This document shows, one piece after another, positions 56,042 through 64,000 of a stretch of DNA of 64,000 nt. Location: assembly GCA_001821395.1 (NCBI GenBank), contig MHLM01000012.1:1-64000 (forward strand), read 5' to 3'. Origin of the DNA: Candidatus Lloydbacteria bacterium RIFCSPHIGHO2_02_FULL_50_18 (GTDB taxonomy: Bacteria; Patescibacteriota; Minisyncoccia; Phycocordibacterales; UBA6899). The translations under genes were made by a program, and so were the position numbers. Within the stretch, counting starts at the first letter, position 1; the number at the start of each line of letters is the position of its first letter. The notes below the pieces were generated by a model that was not told where the DNA came from, did no database searches, and was given only the letters and a program-made list of their open reading frames with translations.

Positions 56042-57793
56042 ATGCTCGTCCAAGAAAGCAAATTAAAGAAATTTATTCTCGATTCCGGGCTCACATCACG
56101 GTCGGAGATCCTTGCCGCCGAGAAAGATGCCGAGAAGGAAGGTGGGAGTATCGGAGATGTATTAGTGAAGCAGGGCAAAATATCCTCTGATGACCTGCGC
56201 CGTGTCCAGGCATATATTCTCGGCATTCCATTTGTGGATCTGCGCGGGCAGAAGATCGATTTTGCCATCCTTTCATTGATCCCCGAGCCGATTGCACGCA
56301 AGCACAATATCGTCGCATTTCGAAAAACGGATTCCGGTCTTGAGGTCGCAATGCTTGACGTTGATGATCTTGAGGCGATCGACTTTGTGCGTAAAAAGGT
56401 GGGGTTACGTATTCTCCCGCGATTGACGGATCAAGAGTCGGTAAAGGGATCATTGCTGCAGTATCAAAAATCTCTGAAGGCGGAGTTTGGTGACCTCATT
56501 CAGCAAGAAGCACAGTCGATACAAATGCTTGCCGAAGATGAAGATAATCCTGCGTCAGAAAAAGATCTGAAGAAACTCGCGGAAGACCTTCCTGTGGTGC
56601 GTATTGTTGATACGCTCTTGAATCATGCCATCATTCAGTCAGCGTCCGACATTCATATTGAACCGATGGAAAATCAATTGCTGGTGCGCTATCGCATCGA
56701 CGGTATTCTTCACGATGCCATGGTGCTTCCACGAAATTCTGCACCGGGTATTACCGCGCGTATCAAGGTGCTTTCGAATTTAAAATTGGATGAAAAGCGG
56801 TTGCCTCAGGACGGACGGTTCAAGATCCAATTGAACAATGAGAAGGTCTCTTTTCGTGTCTCGACGCTTCCGACACATCATGGAGAGAAGACGGTTATGC
56901 GTCTTTTGCGCGAATCATCAGGAGGTTTCTCGCTTGAATCATTGGGTTTTCACGGGCAGGGACTTGAGGCGCTCCATTCGGCGATGAATCAGCACGTCGG
57001 AATGCTGCTCGTGACCGGGCCGACCGGTTCCGGTAAGACAACGACGCTCTATACATTGCTCGATATCCTGAATACTCCCGATGTGAACATCTCCACCATT
57101 GAGGATCCCGTTGAGTATCAGATGCCGCGTATCAATCAGACACAAGTGAAGCCGGAGATCGGCCTCACCTTTGCCATGGGGTTACGCGCACTCCTTCGCC
57201 AGGACCCCGATATCATCATGGTGGGAGAGATCCGCGACGGTGAGACAGCCTCACTTGGAATCAATGCCGCGCTTACGGGACATTTAGTGCTGTCGACCCT
57301 GCATACGAATTCCGCCGCCGGAACATTACCGCGTTTCATTGATATGGGCGCAGAGCCGTTCCTCATCATCTCAACGGTGAACGTCATCATCGGACAACGG
57401 CTCGTACGTAAGTTGTGCGCCACGAAAGAGAAATATAATCTCTCAAAGGCGGAGCTTGATGCATTAGGGAAAAAGGCAAACCTCGATATCGTCCTCGCTT
57501 CACTCAAGGAGGAGGGGATAGTAGCAAAAGATATAGCGTGGGCGGATGTCCCGTTTTATAAAGCGAAACCTTCCCCTGAATGTGATGAGGGCTATAAGGG
57601 GCGTCTGAGTATTCATGAAGTGCTACACATGTCGTCGGGGATCCGTGAACTTGCCGTCGCAAGTGCATCTGCAGAAAAGATCGAGATACAGGCGCGCAAA
57701 GAAGGGATGCTGACGATGCTTGAAGACGGGATATTCAAGGCAGCCCAAGGACTCACGTCCATCGAAGAAGTCTATAGAGTAGTCAGCGAGTGA
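56042..57793 (+). CDS. pilB: type IV pilus assembly ATPase PilB (GspE family)
   Basis: N-terminal T2SSE_N-like domain. Walker A LVTGPTGSGKTTTLY, Asp box, Walker B, His box. C-terminal tetracysteine-like CxxC region. Confidence 0.9.
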   Translation: MLVQESKLKKFILDSGLTSRSEILAAEKDAEKEGGSIGDVLVKQGKISSDDLRRVQAYILGIPFVDLRGQKIDFAILSLIPEPIARKHNIVAFRKTDSGLEVAMLDVDDLEAIDFVRKKVGLRILPRLTDQESVKGSLLQYQKSLKAEFGDLIQQEAQSIQMLAEDEDNPASEKDLKKLAEDLPVVRIVDTLLNHAIIQSASDIHIEPMENQLLVRYRIDGILHDAMVLPRNSAPGITARIKVLSNLKLDEKRLPQDGRFKIQLNNEKVSFRVSTLPTHHGEKTVMRLLRESSGGFSLESLGFHGQGLEALHSAMNQHVGMLLVTGPTGSGKTTTLYTLLDILNTPDVNISTIEDPVEYQMPRINQTQVKPEIGLTFAMGLRALLRQDPDIIMVGEIRDGETASLGINAALTGHLVLSTLHTNSAAGTLPRFIDMGAEPFLIISTVNVIIGQRLVRKLCATKEKYNLSKAELDALGKKANLDIVLASLKEEGIVAKDIAWADVPFYKAKPSPECDEGYKGRLSIHEVLHMSSGIRELAVASASAEKIEIQARKEGMLTMLEDGIFKAAQGLTSIEEVYRVVSE

Positions 57794-58069
57794 CGGGCAT
57801 TCTCGCGGATTATTTCGTTGAAAGCTTGCGAGGCTCATTCACCGTACTCAGAAGTACGCCTCATATCGCTTCGCGCTTTCGCCTCGTACTCCATCGAGAA
57901 TACCAATCACTCTATTCGGCTAAATCTGGCGTCTATATTTGTTAGCGGCCCACTGCCCGTCCTTCCTAGCTTTCGTTTCGCATCAAGATCATTCACTCAC
58001 TCGGGAACAGCGAATGAATGATTTTGCGTTTTATTTGTGAAAAGAGTAGAACTACAAAGGAACAATTGA

Positions 58070-58375
58070 ATGAAATTTCACATGAAACTTATTCGTGACA
58101 AGATACCCGGCATCGCTCATGCAAAGGGTGAACAGCTGCAGTGCCATAAGGCGGATCCCGCAGAATATCGCTATCATCTTCGAGAAAAGATTCTTGAAGA
58201 GGTTCATGAATTTCGTGAGTCTGGAGAGGCAGAGGAATTAGCTGATATTCTGGAGGTTGTACGGGCGATAGCAAATGAGCGCGGTTTATCGATGCGCAAT
58301 CTTTATCTCCTTCGTGATAAAAAGCGCCGAGCACGGGGAGGATTTGACGGACGGATCATTTGGCAAAATGAGTAG
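58070..58375 (+). CDS. MazG-like/PRA-PH-superfamily nucleotide pyrophosphohydrolase
   Basis: MKLIRDKIP...EELADILEVVRAIANERGLS...RGGFDGRI. 101 aa. Confidence 0.55.
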   Translation: MKFHMKLIRDKIPGIAHAKGEQLQCHKADPAEYRYHLREKILEEVHEFRESGEAEELADILEVVRAIANERGLSMRNLYLLRDKKRRARGGFDGRIIWQNE

Positions 58376-58527
58376 ATCGAGCAAGTCGGCTTGTAGGATC
58401 GGACATCGTGTCCGGTCTTTTGTTATTGCCCATGAGAATGCCATGAGTTTCGGTCACGACCATGCGCGAGTAAGGAGTGTGGAAAAGCGTGTCACGCAGA
58501 CTATTTTCCTATATAATAAAATGAACT

Positions 58528-59745
58528 ATGCCCAAGTACACCTATAAAGCACAATTGCTCGCAACTGGTAGTGAGATGGAAGGAACCGCAGAAGCAGCGG
58601 ATAAATTTGAACTTGCAAAGAATATAAAGATGGAAGGAAAACTTCTTCTTAGCGCAACCGAGCTCTCCGATTCACCCTGGAACATGGACAAGATCAACGC
58701 CTTGCTGACGAAGGTTGACCTGCGTGAAAAGATCTTGTTTGCGCGCAATATGGCGACGATGATCCAGGCAGGACTTCCTCTTTCACGAGCATTGCAGATC
58801 TTTGTGAAACAAACGAAGAATCCGAAGTTTCGTACGGTATTGAGCTCCATCATCGAAGACATTAATAAAGGCACTTCTTTTTCCGATGCCATGGGAAAAT
58901 TCGAAGATATTTTTCCGGCCGTCTTCATTTCAATGGTACGTGCAGGTGAGGAATCCGGCGGACTCGTTGAGGCGCTCAATGTTGTTGGCGGACAGATGGA
59001 AAAGACCTATACGATAAAGAAAAAAGTAAAAGGCGCAATGATGTATCCTGGGATCGTCCTCATCGTCATGCTTGCGGTGGGGGTGCTGATGATGATCTAC
59101 GTTGTTCCCGGACTTGCGGCAGGGTTCAAGGAGGCCGGCGCTGAATTGCCCCCCCTGACAAAGGCCATCGTGGCTATAAGTGATTTTCTGCAGAATGACC
59201 TCCTCCTCGCATTGCTCGGTGTCGCCGGTGTCACTGCAGCATTCTGGTGGTACAAGCGCACGACGCTCGGTTCTCGTTCCATTGACTGGCTAGTAATCCG
59301 CCTCCCTGTTTTTGGTAAATTGATCAAGGAGTTCAACTCCGCACTTGCTACTCGTACGCTGTCATCACTCATATCTGCGGGGGTGGATATCGTCCATGCG
59401 ATCGAGATCACCCAAGACGTGCTCGGTAATATCTTTTATAAAGAAACGCTAGAACAGGCGAAGATTAATGTGCAGAAAGGAGTCCCTCTTTCCCAGGTGT
59501 TCATCGAAAATAATGAGATCTACCCGGTCATGGTGGGAGACATGATGGAGGTTGGGGAAGAGACCGGACAGCTCTCGGGAATGCTGCTCAAGATCGCGAC
59601 GTTCTATGAAGAAGAGGTTAGTCAGGCGACCGAGGACATGTCAAAGCTCATCGAACCGCTGCTCATGGCCATCATCGCCGTCTTTGTCGGCATTTTCGCG
59701 GTCGCAATGATCACCCCCATGTACTCGATGATGCAAAATATCTAA
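58528..59745 (+). CDS. pilC: type IV pilus inner-membrane platform protein PilC (GspF family)
   Basis: Two T2SSF repeats and 3 TM helices. 405 aa. Confidence 0.9.
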   Translation: MPKYTYKAQLLATGSEMEGTAEAADKFELAKNIKMEGKLLLSATELSDSPWNMDKINALLTKVDLREKILFARNMATMIQAGLPLSRALQIFVKQTKNPKFRTVLSSIIEDINKGTSFSDAMGKFEDIFPAVFISMVRAGEESGGLVEALNVVGGQMEKTYTIKKKVKGAMMYPGIVLIVMLAVGVLMMIYVVPGLAAGFKEAGAELPPLTKAIVAISDFLQNDLLLALLGVAGVTAAFWWYKRTTLGSRSIDWLVIRLPVFGKLIKEFNSALATRTLSSLISAGVDIVHAIEITQDVLGNIFYKETLEQAKINVQKGVPLSQVFIENNEIYPVMVGDMMEVGEETGQLSGMLLKIATFYEEEVSQATEDMSKLIEPLLMAIIAVFVGIFAVAMITPMYSMMQNI

Positions 59746-59885
59746 GCATTTATTTGTATTATCGTTTCATGAGGTGTGACGACGGAGGATGCATGCGGAG
59801 GGGGCGGACATGCTGCGGTGCTTCGGTCTCGCGGTGATCGTTGGATTTTCGGCAAACGAAAATATTTTAGGCGACATTTCGAATT

Positions 59886-60359
59886 ATGCTCAATTCACAA
59901 CACACAACTCGCGGAGTGACACTCGTTGAAATATTGCTGGTGATCGCAATCACGATACTGCTTGCGTCTGTCGTGCTTTCTTCGTTTGGACAATATCGGT
60001 TGCGGCAGAGTCTCGCAGGTTCGATCGAAAGCGTGCTCGCGGCAATAAGCGCGGCACATCTGAATACCATTTCTTCAAAAAATGACAGTCCTTATGGGGT
60101 CAATCTCAAGCCTGACGAGGCGATCTATTTTGCCGGTGATTCTTATCCGGGAGATACCGATCCCGCTAATATTCATTACGTGCTACCGGCGACGATCGAG
60201 ATCGCAAATGTCAGTCTTAATGGTGGTGATACAAAAATATATTTTAAGAAGCTTATGGGGGCTACCGACAATTATGGAACATTTGATATTCGCGCAAAAA
60301 CAAGCACCGGCGTAGGTACGACAGTGACGATCTATCAGACCGGGGCGACATCCATCTGA
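59886..60359 (+). CDS. type IV pilin-like protein (prepilin N-terminal motif)
   Basis: TTRG|VTLVEILLVIAITILLASVVL is a class III signal with Glu+5. Confidence 0.75.
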   Translation: MLNSQHTTRGVTLVEILLVIAITILLASVVLSSFGQYRLRQSLAGSIESVLAAISAAHLNTISSKNDSPYGVNLKPDEAIYFAGDSYPGDTDPANIHYVLPATIEIANVSLNGGDTKIYFKKLMGATDNYGTFDIRAKTSTGVGTTVTIYQTGATSI

Positions 60360-60373
60360 TTGTTCATATAAAT

Positions 60374-60943
60374 ATGATGAAACTCAAACACACAAAGACA
60401 GCAGTAAGAGCAGCACTGAATGGAGGCAGCTTCTTCCTCACTTGCCGTCCGTCGCGATGCCGTCGAGGTCCGACATCGGGATTTTCCATCGTTGAGATCA
60501 TTCTTGGTATCGGAATGCTGACAACGGCACTCGTTGCTGTTTCAGCGTACTATATAAGGCTGCTCACCGTCAGTGAGTTGACTACCGAGCACATTCAGTC
60601 AGGGTTCTTGCTTGAGGAGGGGGTTGAGGTTATGAAGCTGTTGCGTGACGAGAGTTGGTCGACAACAATCGCCCCACTTTCCACTACGACGACGTACTAT
60701 TTGTCCTGGAATGGAACGAAGTGGACAGCGACAACAACAAAGCAGGTCATAGAGAATATTTTCACACGCTCATTGGAGATCAGTGACGTGAATCGTGACA
60801 ATGTAACCTACAATATTGATCCTACGGGTACATATGATCCTGGAACTAAGAAGGTCACCGTGAGTATTGGATGGCAGAGAAGAGGCGGGAACGTCGCTAC
60901 CGACACGGCGCAAACTTACATCATGAACCTTTTTAATAATTAG
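60374..60943 (+). CDS. type IV pilin-like protein (long leader)
   Basis: PTSG|FSIVEIILGIGMLTTALVAV. Confidence 0.7.
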   Translation: MMKLKHTKTAVRAALNGGSFFLTCRPSRCRRGPTSGFSIVEIILGIGMLTTALVAVSAYYIRLLTVSELTTEHIQSGFLLEEGVEVMKLLRDESWSTTIAPLSTTTTYYLSWNGTKWTATTTKQVIENIFTRSLEISDVNRDNVTYNIDPTGTYDPGTKKVTVSIGWQRRGGNVATDTAQTYIMNLFNN

Positions 60944-60944
60944 T

Positions 60945-61478
60945 ATGATCTTTTTACGAAACAATTCGGACAGGACACAGAGCAGGGGCTTCACTCTTGT
61001 TGAAATGGTCCTTTATATTGGACTGTTCGTATTGCTTTCAACGATGTCGATGACTGCGCTCTTTCAGACGGTTAGGGCTTTCAACGAACTACGGGTATCC
61101 CGCGATATCGATGATTCTGCAGTAAAGATCATGGAGCGACTGACGCGCGATATTAAGAGCTCGACATCTGTCGATCTTGCAAACAGCACCTTTGGGTCAT
61201 CTCCGGGAAGGTTGACGCTATTAACGGTCAATGCCTCAGGAACACCCCTCACCGTCGAATACTATGTCTCAGGTTCCATATTGAGCATAAGAGAGAACGG
61301 CGTCGACAGAGGAGCGCTTATGTCTGCTCGTACGAACATCGATGCATTGGTATTTTATTACATCAGCTCGGGCCCAACATTTGGAATAAAAACAGAATTG
61401 CACATTTCATCGACGCGCGGAAAGGCCGGCGAGGTGGATGATTTCTACGATACCAGTGTCCTACGGGGATCGTATTAA
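60945..61478 (+). CDS. type IV pilin-like protein
   Basis: QSRG|FTLVEMVLYIGLFVLLST. Confidence 0.75.
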   Translation: MIFLRNNSDRTQSRGFTLVEMVLYIGLFVLLSTMSMTALFQTVRAFNELRVSRDIDDSAVKIMERLTRDIKSSTSVDLANSTFGSSPGRLTLLTVNASGTPLTVEYYVSGSILSIRENGVDRGALMSARTNIDALVFYYISSGPTFGIKTELHISSTRGKAGEVDDFYDTSVLRGSY

Positions 61479-61483
61479 CGCTT

Positions 61484-63340
61484 ATGAAGATATTTTTTAT
61501 GCAAATTCGCTCACGATCCGCACATATGTTTTCTCATGCAAGTCAGACGAGGGGTGCCGCGCTCATTATCTTGGTCTTCTTTTTTATCTCGATATCTCTC
61601 GCGATCATTCAAACCGCTACCATCGGTGCTCTTGTCGAACTTCGGACCTATCGCACGATTGCGAGCTCTAAGGCCGCGTACGCCGCCGCCGAGGCGGGCG
61701 TTGAAGATATTTTTTACCGCACGATAAATAGTAAGCCCGTCCCAGTAAGCGAGTCACTCACATTGGACGGGGCAACGGCCAGCGTGGGAGTGGCGCCTAT
61801 TTCGGCGTCCCAGAGTGATGTGTATGTCGTCGGCACGGCTGGTAACGGCGAAGTACGCAAGCTGTATCTGTCGATATCGAAGAACAGAACGGCTTCGTTT
61901 TCCTACGGCGCACAGGTCGGAGAGGGCGGGATTATCATGGATAACAACGTGGATATCGATGGTATGGGTCTTGCAAATGGTGATATTTACTCGAACGGTC
62001 AGGTTGTCGGCGGTACGAATGTCCACGTGATGGGTAACGTTATTTCATCATCCAGTTTGTTCGCTGACCAGATCGCAAGTTCCACGTTGTGTGAGAGTGA
62101 TGAGGCTGTCGGCAAAACAAATCCGCGCATTGATTATGCGCAAAGCTTTATGCTCTCTACTACGACGGCGAGCATTGACCTTGCCAGTGTCTCGCTCTAC
62201 ATCAAGCGGAATAATGGTCCGACCGGCGCGAATATTCGCATTACCGCAGATGATAGCGGTAAGCCGTCAACGGTCGCTCTCGCTACTCAACCGCTTCCAT
62301 ATTCAAGTGTCGCCACTACTTACGGATGGGTGACGGTCAGCTTTGCGACACCCGCCACGCTTGACCCCGGGACATTGTACTGGATCGTTCTTGACGCGAC
62401 GCAGAATGCGTCAAAGTATTGGTATTGGTGCAGGAGTAACGCCGACAATTATGCAACCGGTACCCCGGCCTACAAGCTCGACAGTTCTACGTCCGGTGCG
62501 TGGACGGCGGTATCGGGTGATATGGCGTTTGGAACGACATTTGGCGGCGGTATCAGTAAGATCGATGATGTTGACGTCCTTGGTATCGCTAAGGCCGATA
62601 CGATAACAGATTCGCATATTCACAGTGATGCTTACTACAAGACCATCTCCGATTCGACCGTCGACGGGGCGTCCTATGCCGGAACACCGACTCCTCCATA
62701 TGTCCCACTTCCGATCTCGAGTTCGACGATCACACAGTGGGAGGGCGATGCCGCTAGTGGTGGTATCATAAGCGGTGATTGTGGCGTTGGCGGCATCGCG
62801 GCATGCAACACGTTTCCCCTCTCTCTCGGGCCGAAGCGGATCAACGGCAACCTCGTCGTTGATAATGGAGCAGTGCTGACCGTCACTGGGACGATCTATG
62901 TTACCGGGAATGTCGTCATTGATAATGGCGGATCGATCCGTTGCGCATTCGGCTTCATGGGTAATAGCTGTATCATCATCGCAGATGGCCATATCAGTGT
63001 ATCCAACAATGCGACCTTCGGCGGATCCGGAGTGTCCGGAAGTTTTATCATGTTACTGTCAACAAAGGAGGGCTGTCTGGGGACAAGCGGCACCGGCTGC
63101 GCTACAAATTTTAGCGCAATAGGAATAAAGAATAATGTTACCGGTGCGCTCTTCTATACCAGTAGATCGCTTATCGATATTTCGAATCAGGCTACCGTGA
63201 CTGCGGTTGTCGGGTATATGCTTATGCTGCAAAACGGATCCGGAATCATGTATGATCCGCTGGTTGCGAACATCTCATTTGCGCCGGCCACGAGTGGAGT
63301 AACCGGCGCCTGGAATGCAGTTCGCTGGAATGAATATTGA
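61484..63340 (+). CDS. large pilus-associated protein with degenerate pilin-like N-terminus (candidate tip/adhesin component)
   Basis: N-terminal TRG|AALIILVFFFISISLAI is hydrophobic and pilin-like but lacks Glu+5. The 600-aa Gly/Thr/Ser-rich beta-type body follows three pilin genes. Confidence 0.5.
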   Translation: MKIFFMQIRSRSAHMFSHASQTRGAALIILVFFFISISLAIIQTATIGALVELRTYRTIASSKAAYAAAEAGVEDIFYRTINSKPVPVSESLTLDGATASVGVAPISASQSDVYVVGTAGNGEVRKLYLSISKNRTASFSYGAQVGEGGIIMDNNVDIDGMGLANGDIYSNGQVVGGTNVHVMGNVISSSSLFADQIASSTLCESDEAVGKTNPRIDYAQSFMLSTTTASIDLASVSLYIKRNNGPTGANIRITADDSGKPSTVALATQPLPYSSVATTYGWVTVSFATPATLDPGTLYWIVLDATQNASKYWYWCRSNADNYATGTPAYKLDSSTSGAWTAVSGDMAFGTTFGGGISKIDDVDVLGIAKADTITDSHIHSDAYYKTISDSTVDGASYAGTPTPPYVPLPISSSTITQWEGDAASGGIISGDCGVGGIAACNTFPLSLGPKRINGNLVVDNGAVLTVTGTIYVTGNVVIDNGGSIRCAFGFMGNSCIIIADGHISVSNNATFGGSGVSGSFIMLLSTKEGCLGTSGTGCATNFSAIGIKNNVTGALFYTSRSLIDISNQATVTAVVGYMLMLQNGSGIMYDPLVANISFAPATSGVTGAWNAVRWNEY

Positions 63341-63442
63341 TGGAGCTCGTAAGTGTTTTAGCGCGGAGTATCCCGGAGGCGTCTTTATTTGGTGTTTACG
63401 TTCATCGCCCGTTATACTGCAGATGAACATTCATATTGCATC

Positions 63443-64000
63443 ATGAAGTCATTTTTATCTTTTAACCAGCGACAAGACCAGGGGCTATCACTTATTGAGA
63501 CAGTGATTGGCGCTGCGCTTTTTGCTTTTATTTCGATGATGCTCGCTACTACCTATCAACGGGTCTTTGTCGTTGCGCGGGCGGCGCAGGAACGAGTGGA
63601 TGCGATCGCGCTTGCGAACGCGCAATTTGAAATTGTGCGTAATCTTTCTTATGCAAATGTCGGTACGGTGGGTGGAATTCCCAATGGGGTACTTCCGCAG
63701 GTGAGGACACTCATGAGCGGTGGAAAAACCTTCGTAGCTACGACGACGGTGCGAAATATTGACCTGCCGTTTGATGGTACTGCGGGGGGTGTTCCGGACG
63801 ACCTCTCTCCCGCAGACAATAAGCTCGTGGAAATGGAAGTGACCTGTACAAGTTGCAAAAATTTTCGACCGCTCATCTTCACCACCTCCGTCGGTCCGAG
63901 AGACCTGGAGAATGTATCAACGAATGGCTCCCTCTTTGTGAGGGTGCTTGATGCGAGCGGTGCTCCTGTCCCGGGTGCTACTGTTAAAGTAGTGAACAAT
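63443..64000 (+). CDS. type IV pilin-like protein, 3'-truncated by the window end
   Basis: MKSFLSFNQRQDQG|LSLIETVIGAALFAFISMM. The ORF is open to the end of the window. Confidence 0.6.
   Translation, partial: MKSFLSFNQRQDQGLSLIETVIGAALFAFISMMLATTYQRVFVVARAAQERVDAIALANAQFEIVRNLSYANVGTVGGIPNGVLPQVRTLMSGGKTFVATTTVRNIDLPFDGTAGGVPDDLSPADNKLVEMEVTCTSCKNFRPLIFTTSVGPRDLENVSTNGSLFVRVLDASGAPVPGATVKVVNN

Noticed and set aside
55519-56307. Full 262-aa extent of the zinc-ribbon ORF
   Set aside because: The upstream 120 codons overlap the pilB start and lack a ribosome-binding site. An internal start at MKAKRKIV has a strong AAGGGGGG ribosome-binding site, so the gene was trimmed to 55519-55944.
1-64000. 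CRISPR arrays, rRNA genes, transposase/IS elements, prophage structural genes
   Set aside because: No regularly spaced direct repeats with unique spacers, no rRNA-like conserved blocks, and no transposase- or capsid-like ORFs were seen. The only mobile-like signals are the tRNA-associated mini-elements and the Xer-type recombinase, which looks chromosomal.

Overview
This 64 kb window resembles a monoderm, reduced-genome bacterium, possibly CPR/Patescibacteria-like (inference). RNase Y, HU, a H+-pyrophosphatase, tig-clpP and abundant type IV pilus genes support this, and no outer-membrane genes are seen. It reads as three blocks. 1) Bases 1-14.2 kb (minus strand) hold a type IV secretion/conjugation-like module: a VirB4-like ATPase that appears split into two ORFs, a PrgI/VirB3-like protein, a VirB6/TrbL-like polytopic protein and small membrane proteins. 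These are followed by a run of signal-peptide, Ca-binding-repeat and peptidoglycan-binding hypothetical proteins. No relaxase or VirD4 is visible. 2) Bases 14-31 kb and 40-56 kb are housekeeping: ksgA, pcrA/uvrD, LysM-M23 peptidase, comM, dksA-like, pnp with rpsO and an NYN gene, a Xer-type recombinase, xth, a Nudix hydrolase, cca, nth, a phosphoglucomutase/phosphomannomutase, hup, rny, clpP, tig, hppA and nusA. 3) Accessory/behavioural blocks: an incomplete chemosensory cluster (cheW-cheY-cheB-cheA-cheC-cheD, no cheR or receptor in the window) at 35.5-40.4 kb, and a type IV pilus block (pilB, pilC, five pilin-like genes, one 618-aa pilus-associated protein) at 56-64 kb. The most unusual region is the 31.3-35.4 kb RNA/repeat island. 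It holds four tRNAs in the window (Arg-TCG, Gly-GCC and Pro-TGG here, Gly-TCC at 43.1 kb). Three homologous ~80-100 nt structured elements each sit immediately 3' of a tRNA and are each followed by a duplicate of that tRNA's 3' end (att-like). The island also contains a 60-bp perfect palindrome, a tandem ~85-bp repeat carrying terminator hairpins, a tRNA-Pro pseudo-copy, and a cluster of three consensus DnaA boxes next to an AT-rich tract (candidate oriC or DnaA-regulated site). A separate 230-290 bp hairpin-containing element occurs in two inverted copies (upstream of pnp and upstream of a secreted coiled-coil gene), and a promoter-plus-terminator bracketed ~160-nt candidate sRNA lies between hup and rny. 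All calls were made by eye from the sequence and the ORF track. No database searches were run.
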